Below, piece after piece: positions 55,234-64,000 of a stretch of DNA of 64,000 nucleotides (the first letter of the stretch is position 1; each line of letters starts with the position of its first letter). Below the pieces are notes generated by a model, which was given only the letters and a program-made list of their open reading frames with translations, was not told where the DNA came from and searched no databases. The translations under genes and the position numbers were made by a program. Source of the stretch: Vicinamibacteria bacterium. GTDB taxonomy: Bacteria; Acidobacteriota; Vicinamibacteria; Marinacidobacterales; Marinacidobacteraceae. The stretch covers positions 1,472,001-1,536,000 of the forward strand of contig OZ241322.1 of the NCBI GenBank assembly GCA_965199715.1. The letters run 5' to 3'.

Positions 55234-56137
55234 GGCCGTCGAGGTCCTCCCCCGAAACGATCCCGCGCTCGCGCTGGCCCTCGGAGAGGACGACCCGGCC
55301 GCCGCCGGTCCGGGTGACGTACGCGACGACCGCTCCGGCGCCGAGCGCGAAGTCCACCGCCTCCGAGGCCTCCGGCGGGACGTTCCCCCGTCCGAAGGCC
55401 TCCACCACGATCCCCCGGAACCCGGCCTCGGCGAGCGCCCGGATCTCGGTTCCGCCGCCGCCCGCGGTCAGCCGCACGAGGCCCACCGCCGGCTCGACCG
55501 CGTCGGTCTCGACGTGGACGCGCCGCCGGGGTTCGGCGAAGAGCAGCAGTTCGCCCTCATCGACCATGCCGATCGGCCCGGTGTCCGGCGACGCGAAGGC
55601 GTGGATCGCGATGGAGTGCGTCTTCTTCGCTTCCCGCGCGGCGTGGATCTGGCCGTTCAGGACGACCAGCACGCCGAGATCGCGCATGCGCGGCGCGCCG
55701 GCGACCCGGATCGCGTCGAGCAGGTTGCGCGGCCCGTCCGAGTCCTCGTACCGGGGCGGGCGCTGCGCCGCGGCGAACACGACCGGCCGTCCGGAAGGAA
55801 GCAGCAGGTCCAGCAGGAACGCGGTCTCCTCCAGCGAGTCGGTGCCGTGGGTGACGACCACGCCGGCGAGGTCCGGATCGGCGGCGAGGACGTCCCGGAT
55901 CCGCCCGGCGAGGCCGTGCTGGAGCTCGGGGTGCATCCGCGAACTCCCGATCCGGACGAAGTCCTCGGTCGTGACCGTCGCGACCTCGTCGAGGCCCGGC
56001 AGCGCCGCCCGGAGAGCAGCGGCGTCGAGCGGCCCGTCGGCGCCGCCGGAGATGGTTCCGCCGGTCCCGATCAGGTGCACGCGGGGGAGCGGCTGGGCCG
56101 AAAGCGCCGCGGCGAGCGCGAGGAAAAGGAAAGTCAT
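55142..56137 (-). CDS. secreted L-asparaginase (type II-like)
   Basis: Signal peptide; GTGGTI, HGTDSLEETA, DGPRNL, GRGN, KARMLL. Confidence 0.92.
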   Translation of the reverse strand: MTFLFLALAAALSAQPLPRVHLIGTGGTISGGADGPLDAAALRAALPGLDEVATVTTEDFVRIGSSRMHPELQHGLAGRIRDVLAADPDLAGVVVTHGTDSLEETAFLLDLLLPSGRPVVFAAAQRPPRYEDSDGPRNLLDAIRVAGAPRMRDLGVLVVLNGQIHAAREAKKTHSIAIHAFASPDTGPIGMVDEGELLLFAEPRRRVHVETDAVEPAVGLVRLTAGGGGTEIRALAEAGFRGIVVEAFGRGNVPPEASEAVDFALGAGAVVAYVTRTGGGRVVLSEGQRERGIVSGEDLDGLKARMLLSAALGAGWTPDRIADAFRTLAGR

Positions 56138-56172
56138 GCGGAGGGGTACACTGCCCGCTTCGGAATGGTCCG

Positions 56173-56262
56173 GGAGGGGTGCAAGAGTGGCTGAATTGGC
56201 CAGCTTGGAAAGCTGGTGTACCGGCAACGGTACCGTGGGTTCGAATCCCACCCCCTCCGCCA
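56173..56262 (+). tRNA. tRNA-Ser(GGA)
   Basis: GGAGGGG/CCCCTCC acceptor stem, CCAGC-TT-GGA-AA-GCTGG, long variable arm, TTCGAAT, CCA. Confidence 0.96.
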
Positions 56263-56269
56263 GACGCCG

Positions 56270-57613
56270 ATGAGCGGACTCTTCGGCCCCCCTCCGGCCC
56301 CGCCCTCGGAGCCTGAGCCGGAACCGCCCCCCAGGCCGGAACCGAAGCCCGCCGCCGGGTACAAGGTCCTCGCTCTCGCCTACCGCCCGCAGACCTTCGC
56401 CGACCTGATCGGCCAGGACCCGATCGTCCGCACCCTTCAGAACGCGATCCGGAAGGATCGGGTCTGGCACGCCTTCCTCTTCGCCGGCCCCCGCGGCGTG
56501 GGCAAGACGACCGCCGCCCGCGTCCTCGCCAAGGCGCTCAACTGCCACGCGACCGGTGGGCCGAACCCGGAGCCCTGCGGCGGCTGCCCGTCGTGCTCGG
56601 AGATCGCCGCCGGGGTCTCGCGCGACGTTCCCGAGATCGACGGCGCGAGCAACAACAGCGTCGAGAAGGCCCGCGAGATCATCGAGGCGGCCCAGTACGC
56701 GCCGTCCCGCGACCGCTTCAAGATCTACCTCGTGGACGAGGTCCACATGCTCAGCTCGGGCGCCTTCAACGCGCTCCTCAAGACGCTCGAAGAGCCGCCG
56801 GCGCACGTGAAGTTCATCTTCGCGACCACCGAGCTCCACAAGATCCCCGAAACCATCCTCTCGCGCTGCCAGGAGTTCGAGTTCCGCACGGTCAGCCCGC
56901 GCCAGATCATGCACCGGCTCGCGCACATCGTCGAGGACCAGGGCTTTTCGATCACCCGCGACGCGCTCGCCCAGATCGCCCGTTTCGGGCAGGGGAGCGT
57001 CCGGGACCCGCTTTCGGCGCTGGACCAGGTCCTCGCCGGAGCGGATCGGGAGGTCACGCTGGCCGACGTCAACTCGGTGCTCGGCGTTCCCGATGTCTCG
57101 CTGTGCCGCAAGACCACCGAAGCGGTCCTCAAGGGCGACCGCAAGGCGATCTTCGAGGTCGTGAACGATCTCGTCCGCGACGGCCGCGACCTGCGCCACT
57201 TCGTCACCATGCTGCTGCACTACCTGCGCGACGTGGTGGTCCGCCGGGCGGCCCCGGACGCGCCCGAGCTCCTCGAGTGGAGCGACGAGGCGGAGTCGCT
57301 GCGCGAGTTCGCCGGGCAGTTCAGCGAGGCCGACCTGCTACGCAGCCTCGACGCGCTCACCCGGGCCGACGACGGCCTGCGCTTCGCCCCCGAGCCGCGC
57401 TTCCATCTCGAGATGGCGCTGCTCCGCCTCGTGGAGCTGCCGCGCCTCGCCGAATTCGACGCGCTCGTCGACCGCCTCGACCGCCCGGCGCCCGCTCCGC
57501 GCCCGCCGCCGAAACCCCGGGAGTCCGCTGAGCCGACCGCCGTCGTCCGCGAATATCGGGCCAGTTTCGGAGGCGATATTGTCCCCGTCGGTCCGGGCGC
57601 GAAGCCCGCCTGA
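56270..57613 (+). CDS. dnaX: DNA polymerase III subunit gamma/tau
   Basis: YRPQTF, GPRGVGKT, zinc Cys cluster, EIDGASN, DEVHML, SRC; ATG just after the tRNA. Confidence 0.96.
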   Translation: MSGLFGPPPAPPSEPEPEPPPRPEPKPAAGYKVLALAYRPQTFADLIGQDPIVRTLQNAIRKDRVWHAFLFAGPRGVGKTTAARVLAKALNCHATGGPNPEPCGGCPSCSEIAAGVSRDVPEIDGASNNSVEKAREIIEAAQYAPSRDRFKIYLVDEVHMLSSGAFNALLKTLEEPPAHVKFIFATTELHKIPETILSRCQEFEFRTVSPRQIMHRLAHIVEDQGFSITRDALAQIARFGQGSVRDPLSALDQVLAGADREVTLADVNSVLGVPDVSLCRKTTEAVLKGDRKAIFEVVNDLVRDGRDLRHFVTMLLHYLRDVVVRRAAPDAPELLEWSDEAESLREFAGQFSEADLLRSLDALTRADDGLRFAPEPRFHLEMALLRLVELPRLAEFDALVDRLDRPAPAPRPPPKPRESAEPTAVVREYRASFGGDIVPVGPGAKPA

Positions 57614-57625
57614 GGAACCGCGCCC

Positions 57626-57922
57626 ATGATCGCCCGAGCCTCCCAGATGGCCCGTCAGATGCGCCAGATGCGCAAGCTGAAGAAGCAGATCGAGGCCATC
57701 ACCGCCGAGGGCTCCGCCGGCGGCGGGATGGTCAAGGTGCAAGTCACCGGCGGGCGCAACGTGCGCCGGGTCGAGATCGACCCCTCGGTCGTCGAGAAGG
57801 GCGACGTGGAGCTCCTCGAGAGCCTCGTCAAGGCCGCCTCGAACGACGCGATGCGCCGCCTTGAGAAGAAACTCTCCCAGGAGCCGGCGCTCCGCGACCT
57901 CGGGGGACTGATGGGGAGCTGA
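57626..57922 (+). CDS. ybaB: YbaB/EbfC nucleoid-associated protein
   Basis: GSAGGGMVKV..G....VEIDP..D.ELLE.LV.AA.NDA; lies between dnaX and recR. Confidence 0.9.
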   Translation: MIARASQMARQMRQMRKLKKQIEAITAEGSAGGGMVKVQVTGGRNVRRVEIDPSVVEKGDVELLESLVKAASNDAMRRLEKKLSQEPALRDLGGLMGS

Positions 57923-58509
57923 TGAGCCTCCCCGAGCCGCTCGTCCGACTCATCGTCGAGTTCCGCGCGCTGCCGGGGATCGGCGAGAAATCGGCGGAAC
58001 GGATCGCGTTCCACCTCCTCGCCGCCGACCCCGACGGCGTCCGGGCCTTCGGAACCGCGCTGGCCGAACTGCACCAGCAGGTCCGCAAGTGCATGAACTG
58101 CGGCAACTTCGCCGACGGCGAGGCATGCGGCTTCTGCCGGGACCCGGACCGCAGCGACGCCAGCATCTGCGTCGTCGAGGCCCCCGCCGACATCGCCGCG
58201 GTCGAGCGTGCGCGGACGTTCCGGGGGCGCTACTTCGTGCTCGGCGCACGGCCGTCCGGCGGCCCGCTCGAACCCGAGCGCCTCGAACCGCTCGTGCGGC
58301 GGATCCGCGCCGGCGGCGTGGAGGAGGTCGTGGTCGCGACGAACCCGACGCACGCGGGCGAGAGCGCCGCCGGCTGGCTCGCGCACGCGCTGCGTCCCGA
58401 GGGCGTGCGCATCACCCGCATCGGTATCGGGGTCCCGATCGGCAGCGAACTGGTCCACGCCGACGCCGGCACGATGAGCGAGGCGTTCGCCCATCGCAGC
58501 CCGCTCTGA
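57922..58509 (+). CDS. recR: recombination mediator RecR
   Basis: LPGIGEKSAERIA, C4 zinc finger, ICVVE, EVVVATNPT, RIGIGVP.G. Confidence 0.94.
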   Translation: MSLPEPLVRLIVEFRALPGIGEKSAERIAFHLLAADPDGVRAFGTALAELHQQVRKCMNCGNFADGEACGFCRDPDRSDASICVVEAPADIAAVERARTFRGRYFVLGARPSGGPLEPERLEPLVRRIRAGGVEEVVVATNPTHAGESAAGWLAHALRPEGVRITRIGIGVPIGSELVHADAGTMSEAFAHRSPL

Positions 58510-58557
58510 CCCGCCGCCGGGATAAGCTAGCCGCCCTTGCGGGATCGCTTCCGGGAT

Positions 58558-58629
58558 TCCACGGTAGCTCAATGGCAGAGCAGCGGACTGTTAATCCGTT
58601 GGTTGTAGGTTCAAGTCCTACCCGTGGAG
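58558..58629 (+). tRNA. tRNA-Asn(GTT), CCA not encoded
   Basis: TCCACGG/CCGTGGA acceptor stem, GCGGA-CT-GTT-AA-TCCGT, TTCAAGT; followed by CCC. Confidence 0.94.
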
Positions 58630-59540
58630 CCCGGGTCGGCCTCCTCGCGGTTCTGGCGCTTCTCGCCGCGGCCCCCGCGCTCCCCCAGTCGAACGAGCCG
58701 CGCACCCACCTGCGGCTTCGCGGCCGGCACATCTACAACAGCCTCACCGAGGACGTCACCACCGAGCGCCTCACCGTCTGGACGGACACCCGCATCGGCG
58801 ACCGCATCCAAATCCGCGGGGTCTGGGACGTGGGCGAGACCCGCGTCCACGACCTGTGGGCGCAATACCGGGCGAACGACTGGCTGCGCATCCGCGCCGG
58901 GCGCGCCGCCCCGCTGTGGCTGCCCGAGTTCACCGAACCCCCGTTCGCCTTCCAGATGGTCGGCTCGAACCCCGGCTCCGCGCTCACCCGGCCCCGGGAG
59001 ACGGCGCTCATGTTCCTCGTGGATCGGGGCCGCTACACCGGCGCCTTCCACCTCGTGAACGGGACCGGGTTCGCCCCCGAGGACAACGACTTCAAGGACG
59101 TGCTGCTGGGAGTGGGCCGCTTCCTCGGCGACGACTGGAAGCTCGACCTCGGCCACTACGAGGGACGCGACGGTCCCGACGCGGACGTCCCGCGCCGCCA
59201 GACCGCGGTGCACCTCGACGGAAGCCCGGGCCGCGACGCCACGATCCGGGCGGCGCTCCACCGCAGCGAACTGAGCGGCGCCGAGCGCTTCGGCGGCTTC
59301 GTCCGGGTGCGGCGTTTCCTTCCCGAGCACCGGATGTGGGGCGCCCTCGAACTCGGAACCGAGACGAACCACGACGACTCCCACCAAAGCCACGTCATCG
59401 CCGGCGTCCGCTACGAGCTCCCGTGGACGCTGAGCCACGTCGCGGCGGACTACCGCCGGCGATTCGGGGCGGTGAGCGACAACGCGCTTCTCGTCATGAT
59501 CCAGTGGGTGCTGGACTTCCGCGCGCCGCGCCGGCCGTGA
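58599..59540 (+). CDS. putative outer-membrane porin-like beta-barrel protein (start uncertain)
   Basis: Signal h-region VGLLAVLALLAAAPA; VHDLWAQY..WLRIRAG recalls OprO/P-type porins; amphipathic strands; nearest in-frame ATG/TTG lie inside tRNA-Asn. Confidence 0.6.
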   Translation: MVVGSSPTRGARVGLLAVLALLAAAPALPQSNEPRTHLRLRGRHIYNSLTEDVTTERLTVWTDTRIGDRIQIRGVWDVGETRVHDLWAQYRANDWLRIRAGRAAPLWLPEFTEPPFAFQMVGSNPGSALTRPRETALMFLVDRGRYTGAFHLVNGTGFAPEDNDFKDVLLGVGRFLGDDWKLDLGHYEGRDGPDADVPRRQTAVHLDGSPGRDATIRAALHRSELSGAERFGGFVRVRRFLPEHRMWGALELGTETNHDDSHQSHVIAGVRYELPWTLSHVAADYRRRFGAVSDNALLVMIQWVLDFRAPRRP

Positions 59541-59945
59541 CTACGGCTTCCTCTCGAGGAACGTCACCAGCTCCTCCGCCACGGCCCCCGGATCGGACAG
59601 CTCGCATTCCCACACGGTGAACCCGGCCCACCCGGCCGCTTCCAGACGCTCCCGCTGCTCGGCGTCGCGCTCGACGTTGCGGGCGATCTTCGCCCGCCAG
59701 TACTCCGCGTTCGTCTTCGGCTGACGGCTTCCGCGCGGACATGCATGCCCGTGCCAGAAGCACCCGTTCACGAAGACGACCTTGCGGCGCGGGCCGAACA
59801 CGATGTCCGGCGTGCCGGGCAGGTCCTTCCGGTGGAGGCGGTATCGGTAGCCGCGCCGGTGCAGCATCCGCCGCACTTCCTTCTCGGGCTTCGTGTCGCG
59901 ACTCTTGACCGCGCGCATGATCCGGCTGCGCTGCTCGGAGGTCAC
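59541..59945 (-). CDS. vsr: very short patch repair endonuclease
   Basis: RSRIM..VKSRDTKPE, LPGTPD, FVNGCFWHGH, YW..KI.RN..RD, VWEC. Confidence 0.95.
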   Translation of the reverse strand: MTSEQRSRIMRAVKSRDTKPEKEVRRMLHRRGYRYRLHRKDLPGTPDIVFGPRRKVVFVNGCFWHGHACPRGSRQPKTNAEYWRAKIARNVERDAEQRERLEAAGWAGFTVWECELSDPGAVAEELVTFLERKP

Positions 59946-60853
59946 GCCGACGAGGCCTGACGAATCCCCTCTCCCACGCGCTTCGCCAGATCCACCGGCA
60001 CCGCGTTCCCGATCAGAAGCTCCAGCTCGGCGTTCCGGTTCGACCGCTCGAACCCCCAGTCCCAGTCGCGCGGAAACGTCTGGATGCGGCTGCGCTCCAG
60101 CGACGTCAGCGGCCGCACCGCTTCCGGGTCGGCGCTGTCGAGGTGGTTCCGGCGGTAGTTCGGCGGAACCGGCCGGTTCACGCCCCGGATCGTGGGCGAC
60201 GGCTCCTCGACCGAGAAGATGGCGCGGCGCGAGTAGTTCCTCGGATGCCGGTAGTAGTAGTCCACGTCGATCTCGTCGCCGAGGTACTGCTTCACGGTCA
60301 GCCGCTCCACGGACTCGGCGTCCCGCATCCAGTCGTGGAACCGCCGCGCCGGGGCGCTGTCGCCGAGCCACCCGACCATGAAGAACCGTCGCCGCAGTTG
60401 CGGAACGCCGAAGCGGCTCGCGTCCAGCACCGACTCGGCCACCCGGTAGTCCCACTCCCGCAGCAACGACCGCACCCTCGCGTAGGTGTGGCTGCGGCGC
60501 GCCTGCGGCACGTTCTCCATCAGCACGATCGGCGGCCGGCACCGCTCGACGATCCGGGCGAAGCTCAGCGTCAGGTTCGCCCGGTCGCCCTCGACGCGCT
60601 TGCCCGCGGTCGAGAAGTCCTGGCACGGCGGGCCGCCGGCGATGACGTCCGGCCGATGCGCGGCCAGCGCCTCGGCGGACGCCTCCACGTCGGCGAGGTC
60701 GAACCGCTCCACGTGGTCGCCGAGATTCCGGCGGTAGGTCTCGACCGCCGCCGGCCAGTGGTCGCAGGCGGCGACGACCTCGATCCCCGCGGCGTTCAGG
60801 CCGGCGCTCAGGCCGCCGGCCCCGCAGAAGAGATCGACCGCGGAAAGGCGCAC
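59942..60853 (-). CDS. DNA (cytosine-5)-methyltransferase
   Basis: DLFCGAGG, GGPPCQDFS, MENV, PQLRRR, IQTFP, GNAVP. Confidence 0.96.
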   Translation of the reverse strand: MRLSAVDLFCGAGGLSAGLNAAGIEVVAACDHWPAAVETYRRNLGDHVERFDLADVEASAEALAAHRPDVIAGGPPCQDFSTAGKRVEGDRANLTLSFARIVERCRPPIVLMENVPQARRSHTYARVRSLLREWDYRVAESVLDASRFGVPQLRRRFFMVGWLGDSAPARRFHDWMRDAESVERLTVKQYLGDEIDVDYYYRHPRNYSRRAIFSVEEPSPTIRGVNRPVPPNYRRNHLDSADPEAVRPLTSLERSRIQTFPRDWDWGFERSNRNAELELLIGNAVPVDLAKRVGEGIRQASSA

Positions 60854-60905
60854 GTCGGCGCCAATGCTACCGGGCTACCCTTCCGGCCCCGCAGGAGAAC
60901 GCCTC

Positions 60906-61397
60906 ATGGCCAAGGCCGAGCACTACATCCCCCCGCGCGCCAGCGCGGTCACGCCCTATCTCGTCGTCCCCGCCGACGGGCGCGCGGCGCTCGACTGGTA
61001 CCAGAGCGCGCTCGGCGCCGAGCTGGAGTCGGTCATGGAGGGTCCCGGCGGCGCGATCATGCATGCCGAGATCCGCCTCGGCGACTCGCAGATCTACCTG
61101 TCGCAGGAGTTCCCGGGGCCGGGCGGCTACGTCTCGCCGGCCACGCTCAAGGGCACGACGGTCAGCATCCACGCCTATGTCCCGGACGTGGACGCCGCCT
61201 TCGCGAAGGCGATCAAGGCCGGCGCCACGGAGATCCAGCCGCCGACCGACCAGTTCTGGGGCGACCGCCACAGCGTCGTGCTGGACCCCTTCGGCCACCG
61301 CTGGGGCCTCTCGACGCACAAGGAGACCCTCACTGGCGAGGAGGTCGCCGAGCGCGAGAAGGCGTTCTTCGCCGAGATGGCGAAGAACGCCGGCTAG
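60906..61397 (+). CDS. VOC/glyoxalase family protein (PhnB-like)
   Basis: VTPYLVV, IMHAEI..GDS, DVDA, DQFWGDR..DPFGHRW; AGGAGA Shine-Dalgarno. Confidence 0.9.
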   Translation: MAKAEHYIPPRASAVTPYLVVPADGRAALDWYQSALGAELESVMEGPGGAIMHAEIRLGDSQIYLSQEFPGPGGYVSPATLKGTTVSIHAYVPDVDAAFAKAIKAGATEIQPPTDQFWGDRHSVVLDPFGHRWGLSTHKETLTGEEVAEREKAFFAEMAKNAG

Positions 61398-63013
61398 AGC
61401 GACTTCAGGAACGCGACCAGCGCGGCGAGGTCCGCCTCGCTGACCGTTGATCCGTGCCCGGGGTGGCGCGCCAGCACTTCCTCGAGCGAACCCGCCGAGG
61501 CGTCGTGGAAGAGCGTGCGCCGGAAGCGCACGCCGCGCAGCGACGGCGGGTTGAACCGCCGCTGGCCGCGCTCGTCCTCGAGCCCGACGTCGTGCGCACC
61601 GGCGGACGTGTACGTCGGAGCCGTGTGGCAGCGGTCGCACTCGTAGCGGGAGAACGCGTCGCGTCCTTCGGCCAGCCGGCCGCCCCCGGTCATCTCGGGC
61701 AATTCGAGGCTGCGGAGGTACGCGGCCAGGTCGGCGACCTCGCCGTCGGTGAGCTCCCGGCCCCGCAGCGTGGTGCGCACCGACTTGCGCACCTGATCCT
61801 CGAGGTTCCGGATCTTGCCGTTCCACGCGAACGGGCGCGTGTCGCGCACGCCGAGCAGCGAGAGCACGCGCTTCGGCGCGCCGTAGTCGCCGTCACCGAG
61901 CGTGTCCGAGAGCCGGTGGTTCGTGTGGCCGTCCACGTGGCAGCTCGCGCAGCTCATCCAGCCGCGCAGCGAGAGCGTCGCGTCGTGGAAGAGGCGCTCG
62001 CCCCGCGCCGCGGCGTCGAGCGTCCCGGCGGCGCCGAGCGACGTCCGGTGGGTCTCCTCGCCGGCCCGGACCACGGAGACCGAGTCGTCGAGGCGGTTCG
62101 CCGCGAAGAGCCGGTCGCCGTCGAACAGCAACGCGCCCGGCCCGTCGCCGACGGGCACGTGGCTCGACAGGTGCTTCCTGGTGCTCCCGAGCGCGATCCG
62201 CCCCACGCCGGCGAGCGAGACCGCGAACGAGTCCCCGCCGGTCGGAACCAGATGCGCGGGGTCACCGGACGGGATCACGACCCCGCCGAGGTCGAGGAGG
62301 CGCGTGCGCCGCTGAAGCCTCGGGTCGTCCGCGACCAGATCGTCGAGCGGGAACAGGCTGACGCTGTTCGTGATGAACACCCCCCAACGGATGTCGTCGT
62401 CGGTCGTGCGCATCCCCGAATGAAGCTGCTGATGCGCGAGCGCGACCGTGTCGCCGCCGACGACCGCCATGCCGCGCAACTGGTGGCCGGCGAGTTCGCG
62501 GACGTGGCGGATTTCCGTTCCGTCGAGAAGCGCGAGGCCCCCGCCGAACGCGTCGGCGACCAGCAGCAGGCGTTCGTCGAGGAACAACAGGTCCCGCGGC
62601 TCGAACGGAAGCGCGACCGAGGCGCCGTCGATCCGGACCTCCCGCGACCACAGGCACGAGACCGCGACCCGATCCCCGAAGACCGCCGCCTGCGACGGAT
62701 AGCGGCACGTCTCCCGCGACTTCTCGACCCGGACCGAGCCGTCGGGAAGCGCGCGCAGCTCGTGGAGGCGATGCCCGTCGTGATCGACCGCGAGCGCGCG
62801 CCCGTCCGGCAGCGGCGCGAGCGCGGTGACGTTCTCCCCGACCTGGGTCTCGCCCAGAAGCTCGAGGTCGGAAGCCCGGACGACGCTCACCGAGCCGGAC
62901 CGGTTGCCGACGAGCAGCAGCCCGTCGGTCAGGGCGAGCGCCTGCGGACGCCGCGGACCCGCGTCGGCGGCGACCGCGACCAGAACCGCCGCCGCGACGA
63001 GGAACCGCGTCAG
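61394..63013 (-). CDS. secreted beta-propeller plus di-heme cytochrome c (CCP/MauG-like) protein
   Basis: YVTN-like repeats ([10 protein letters not shown]); [28 protein letters not shown]; start uncertain (CTG 63013 or GTG 63079). Confidence 0.82.
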   Translation of the reverse strand: MTRFLVAAAVLVAVAADAGPRRPQALALTDGLLLVGNRSGSVSVVRASDLELLGETQVGENVTALAPLPDGRALAVDHDGHRLHELRALPDGSVRVEKSRETCRYPSQAAVFGDRVAVSCLWSREVRIDGASVALPFEPRDLLFLDERLLLVADAFGGGLALLDGTEIRHVRELAGHQLRGMAVVGGDTVALAHQQLHSGMRTTDDDIRWGVFITNSVSLFPLDDLVADDPRLQRRTRLLDLGGVVIPSGDPAHLVPTGGDSFAVSLAGVGRIALGSTRKHLSSHVPVGDGPGALLFDGDRLFAANRLDDSVSVVRAGEETHRTSLGAAGTLDAAARGERLFHDATLSLRGWMSCASCHVDGHTNHRLSDTLGDGDYGAPKRVLSLLGVRDTRPFAWNGKIRNLEDQVRKSVRTTLRGRELTDGEVADLAAYLRSLELPEMTGGGRLAEGRDAFSRYECDRCHTAPTYTSAGAHDVGLEDERGQRRFNPPSLRGVRFRRTLFHDASAGSLEEVLARHPGHGSTVSEADLAALVAFLKSL

Positions 63014-63085
63014 GAAAGCCGTCTGCGCTTCGCTACAATTCGGCGCGTTTCTTCCGAACCCCCGAGGTTGCCGATGCACCCACCC

Positions 63086-63805
63086 ATGATGATCGAGGCG
63101 AGCGGCCTGAGCAAGTACTACGGCCCGTTCGTGGCGGTCGAGGACGTGAGCTTCGCGATCCCCCAAGGGCAGATCGTGGCGTTCCTCGGCCCGAACGGAG
63201 CCGGCAAGACGACCACGATGAAGATGCTCACCGGATACCTCGCGCCCAGCCGGGGCGCCGCGAGCATCGCCGGGCGCGACGTCCGCCGCGACCGGCTGGA
63301 CGCATCGCGGCGCTTCGGCTACCTGCCCGAGAACGGTCCCCTCTACCCGGACATGACCGCCGTCGAGCTGCTCCGGTTCTTCGGCGCGGCGCGCGAGGTC
63401 GCTCCCGACCGGCTCGAAGGGCGCATCCGCGAGGTCAGCGCCCTCACCAGCCTCGCCGAGGTGCTCGAAAAGCCCATCGGCAAGCTCTCCCGCGGGCTGC
63501 GCCAGCGCGTCGGGCTGGCCCAGGCGCTGCTGCACGACCCCGACGTGCTCATCATGGACGAGCCCACCTCGGGGCTGGACCCGAACCAGATCCGCGAGTT
63601 CCGCCGGAACATCCGCCGCCTCGGCGAGGAGAAGACGGTCCTGATCTCAACCCACATCCTGCGCGAGGTCGAGGTCGTGGCCGACCGGGTGCTCGTGGTC
63701 CACCAGGGCCGGCTGGTCTTCGACGGCACCCCGGCCGAGCTGGAGCGCGACGGGTCGCTCGAGTCCAGCTTCTACGAGCTCACCGCGAACGGAGCGGCCG
63801 CCTGA
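63086..63805 (+). CDS. ABC-2 type transporter ATP-binding protein (GldA-like)
   Basis: [36 protein letters not shown]. Confidence 0.93.
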   Translation: MMIEASGLSKYYGPFVAVEDVSFAIPQGQIVAFLGPNGAGKTTTMKMLTGYLAPSRGAASIAGRDVRRDRLDASRRFGYLPENGPLYPDMTAVELLRFFGAAREVAPDRLEGRIREVSALTSLAEVLEKPIGKLSRGLRQRVGLAQALLHDPDVLIMDEPTSGLDPNQIREFRRNIRRLGEEKTVLISTHILREVEVVADRVLVVHQGRLVFDGTPAELERDGSLESSFYELTANGAAA

Positions 63806-64000
63806 TGCCCGGCCTCGTCGAAGTCCCGAAGGTCCGCCGCGGGGTGGTCGAGGCGCTCATGCGGCGTGACCTCCGCATGTACTTCTCGAACCCCTCGGGC
63901 TACGTCTTCCTCACGCTGTTCATCCTGCTCAGCGCCGCCGCGGCGTTCTGGCAGGACCGCTTCTTCCTCAACAACCTCGCGAACCTGGACCAGTTGAACT
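63805..64000 (+). CDS. ABC-2 permease (GldF-like), partial
   Basis: ATG overlaps the upstream stop; [23 protein letters not shown]; frame open to the window end. Confidence 0.8.
   Translation, partial: MPGLVEVPKVRRGVVEALMRRDLRMYFSNPSGYVFLTLFILLSAAAAFWQDRFFLNNLANLDQLN

Noticed and set aside
57480-57613. Programmed frameshift in dnaX
   Set aside because: No AAAAAAG or long homopolymer slippery site seen
58629-60853. tRNA-anchored integrative element carrying the MTase and vsr
   Set aside because: No integrase, flanking direct repeat or evident composition shift

Overview
High-GC, very densely packed bacterial chromosome segment containing the replication origin. Gene order and content suggest an Acidobacteriota-like diderm, but that is inference. 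Left arm (minus strand): rpmH-rnpA-yidD-yidC-rsmG(parS)-parA-parB followed by an atpF'-F-H-A-G-D-C operon lacking atpB/atpE. Right arm: dnaA-oriC-dnaN-gyrB-gyrA, then housekeeping and catabolic genes (pyrE, UvrD/PcrA helicase, rsmI, moaA, trxA, SurA-like chaperone, dnaX-ybaB-recR), four tRNAs (Glu-CTC, Arg-ACG, Ser-GGA, Asn-GTT), a peptide-scavenging cluster, an orphan C5-methyltransferase/Vsr pair and a decayed MmeI-like Type IIL R-M gene. I found no CRISPR array, rRNA, integrase or transposase. Most notable: a remodelled glmU/glmS pair in which each gene has lost one catalytic domain; a coupled CDF transporter / beta-propeller-PHP hydrolase / QhpG-LodB-like flavoenzyme operon; a porin-like CDS whose nearest in-frame starts lie inside tRNA-Asn; several genes that appear to need ACG or CTG starts; and repeated leaderless-type promoters. 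All calls come from reading motifs by eye; no database search was run.
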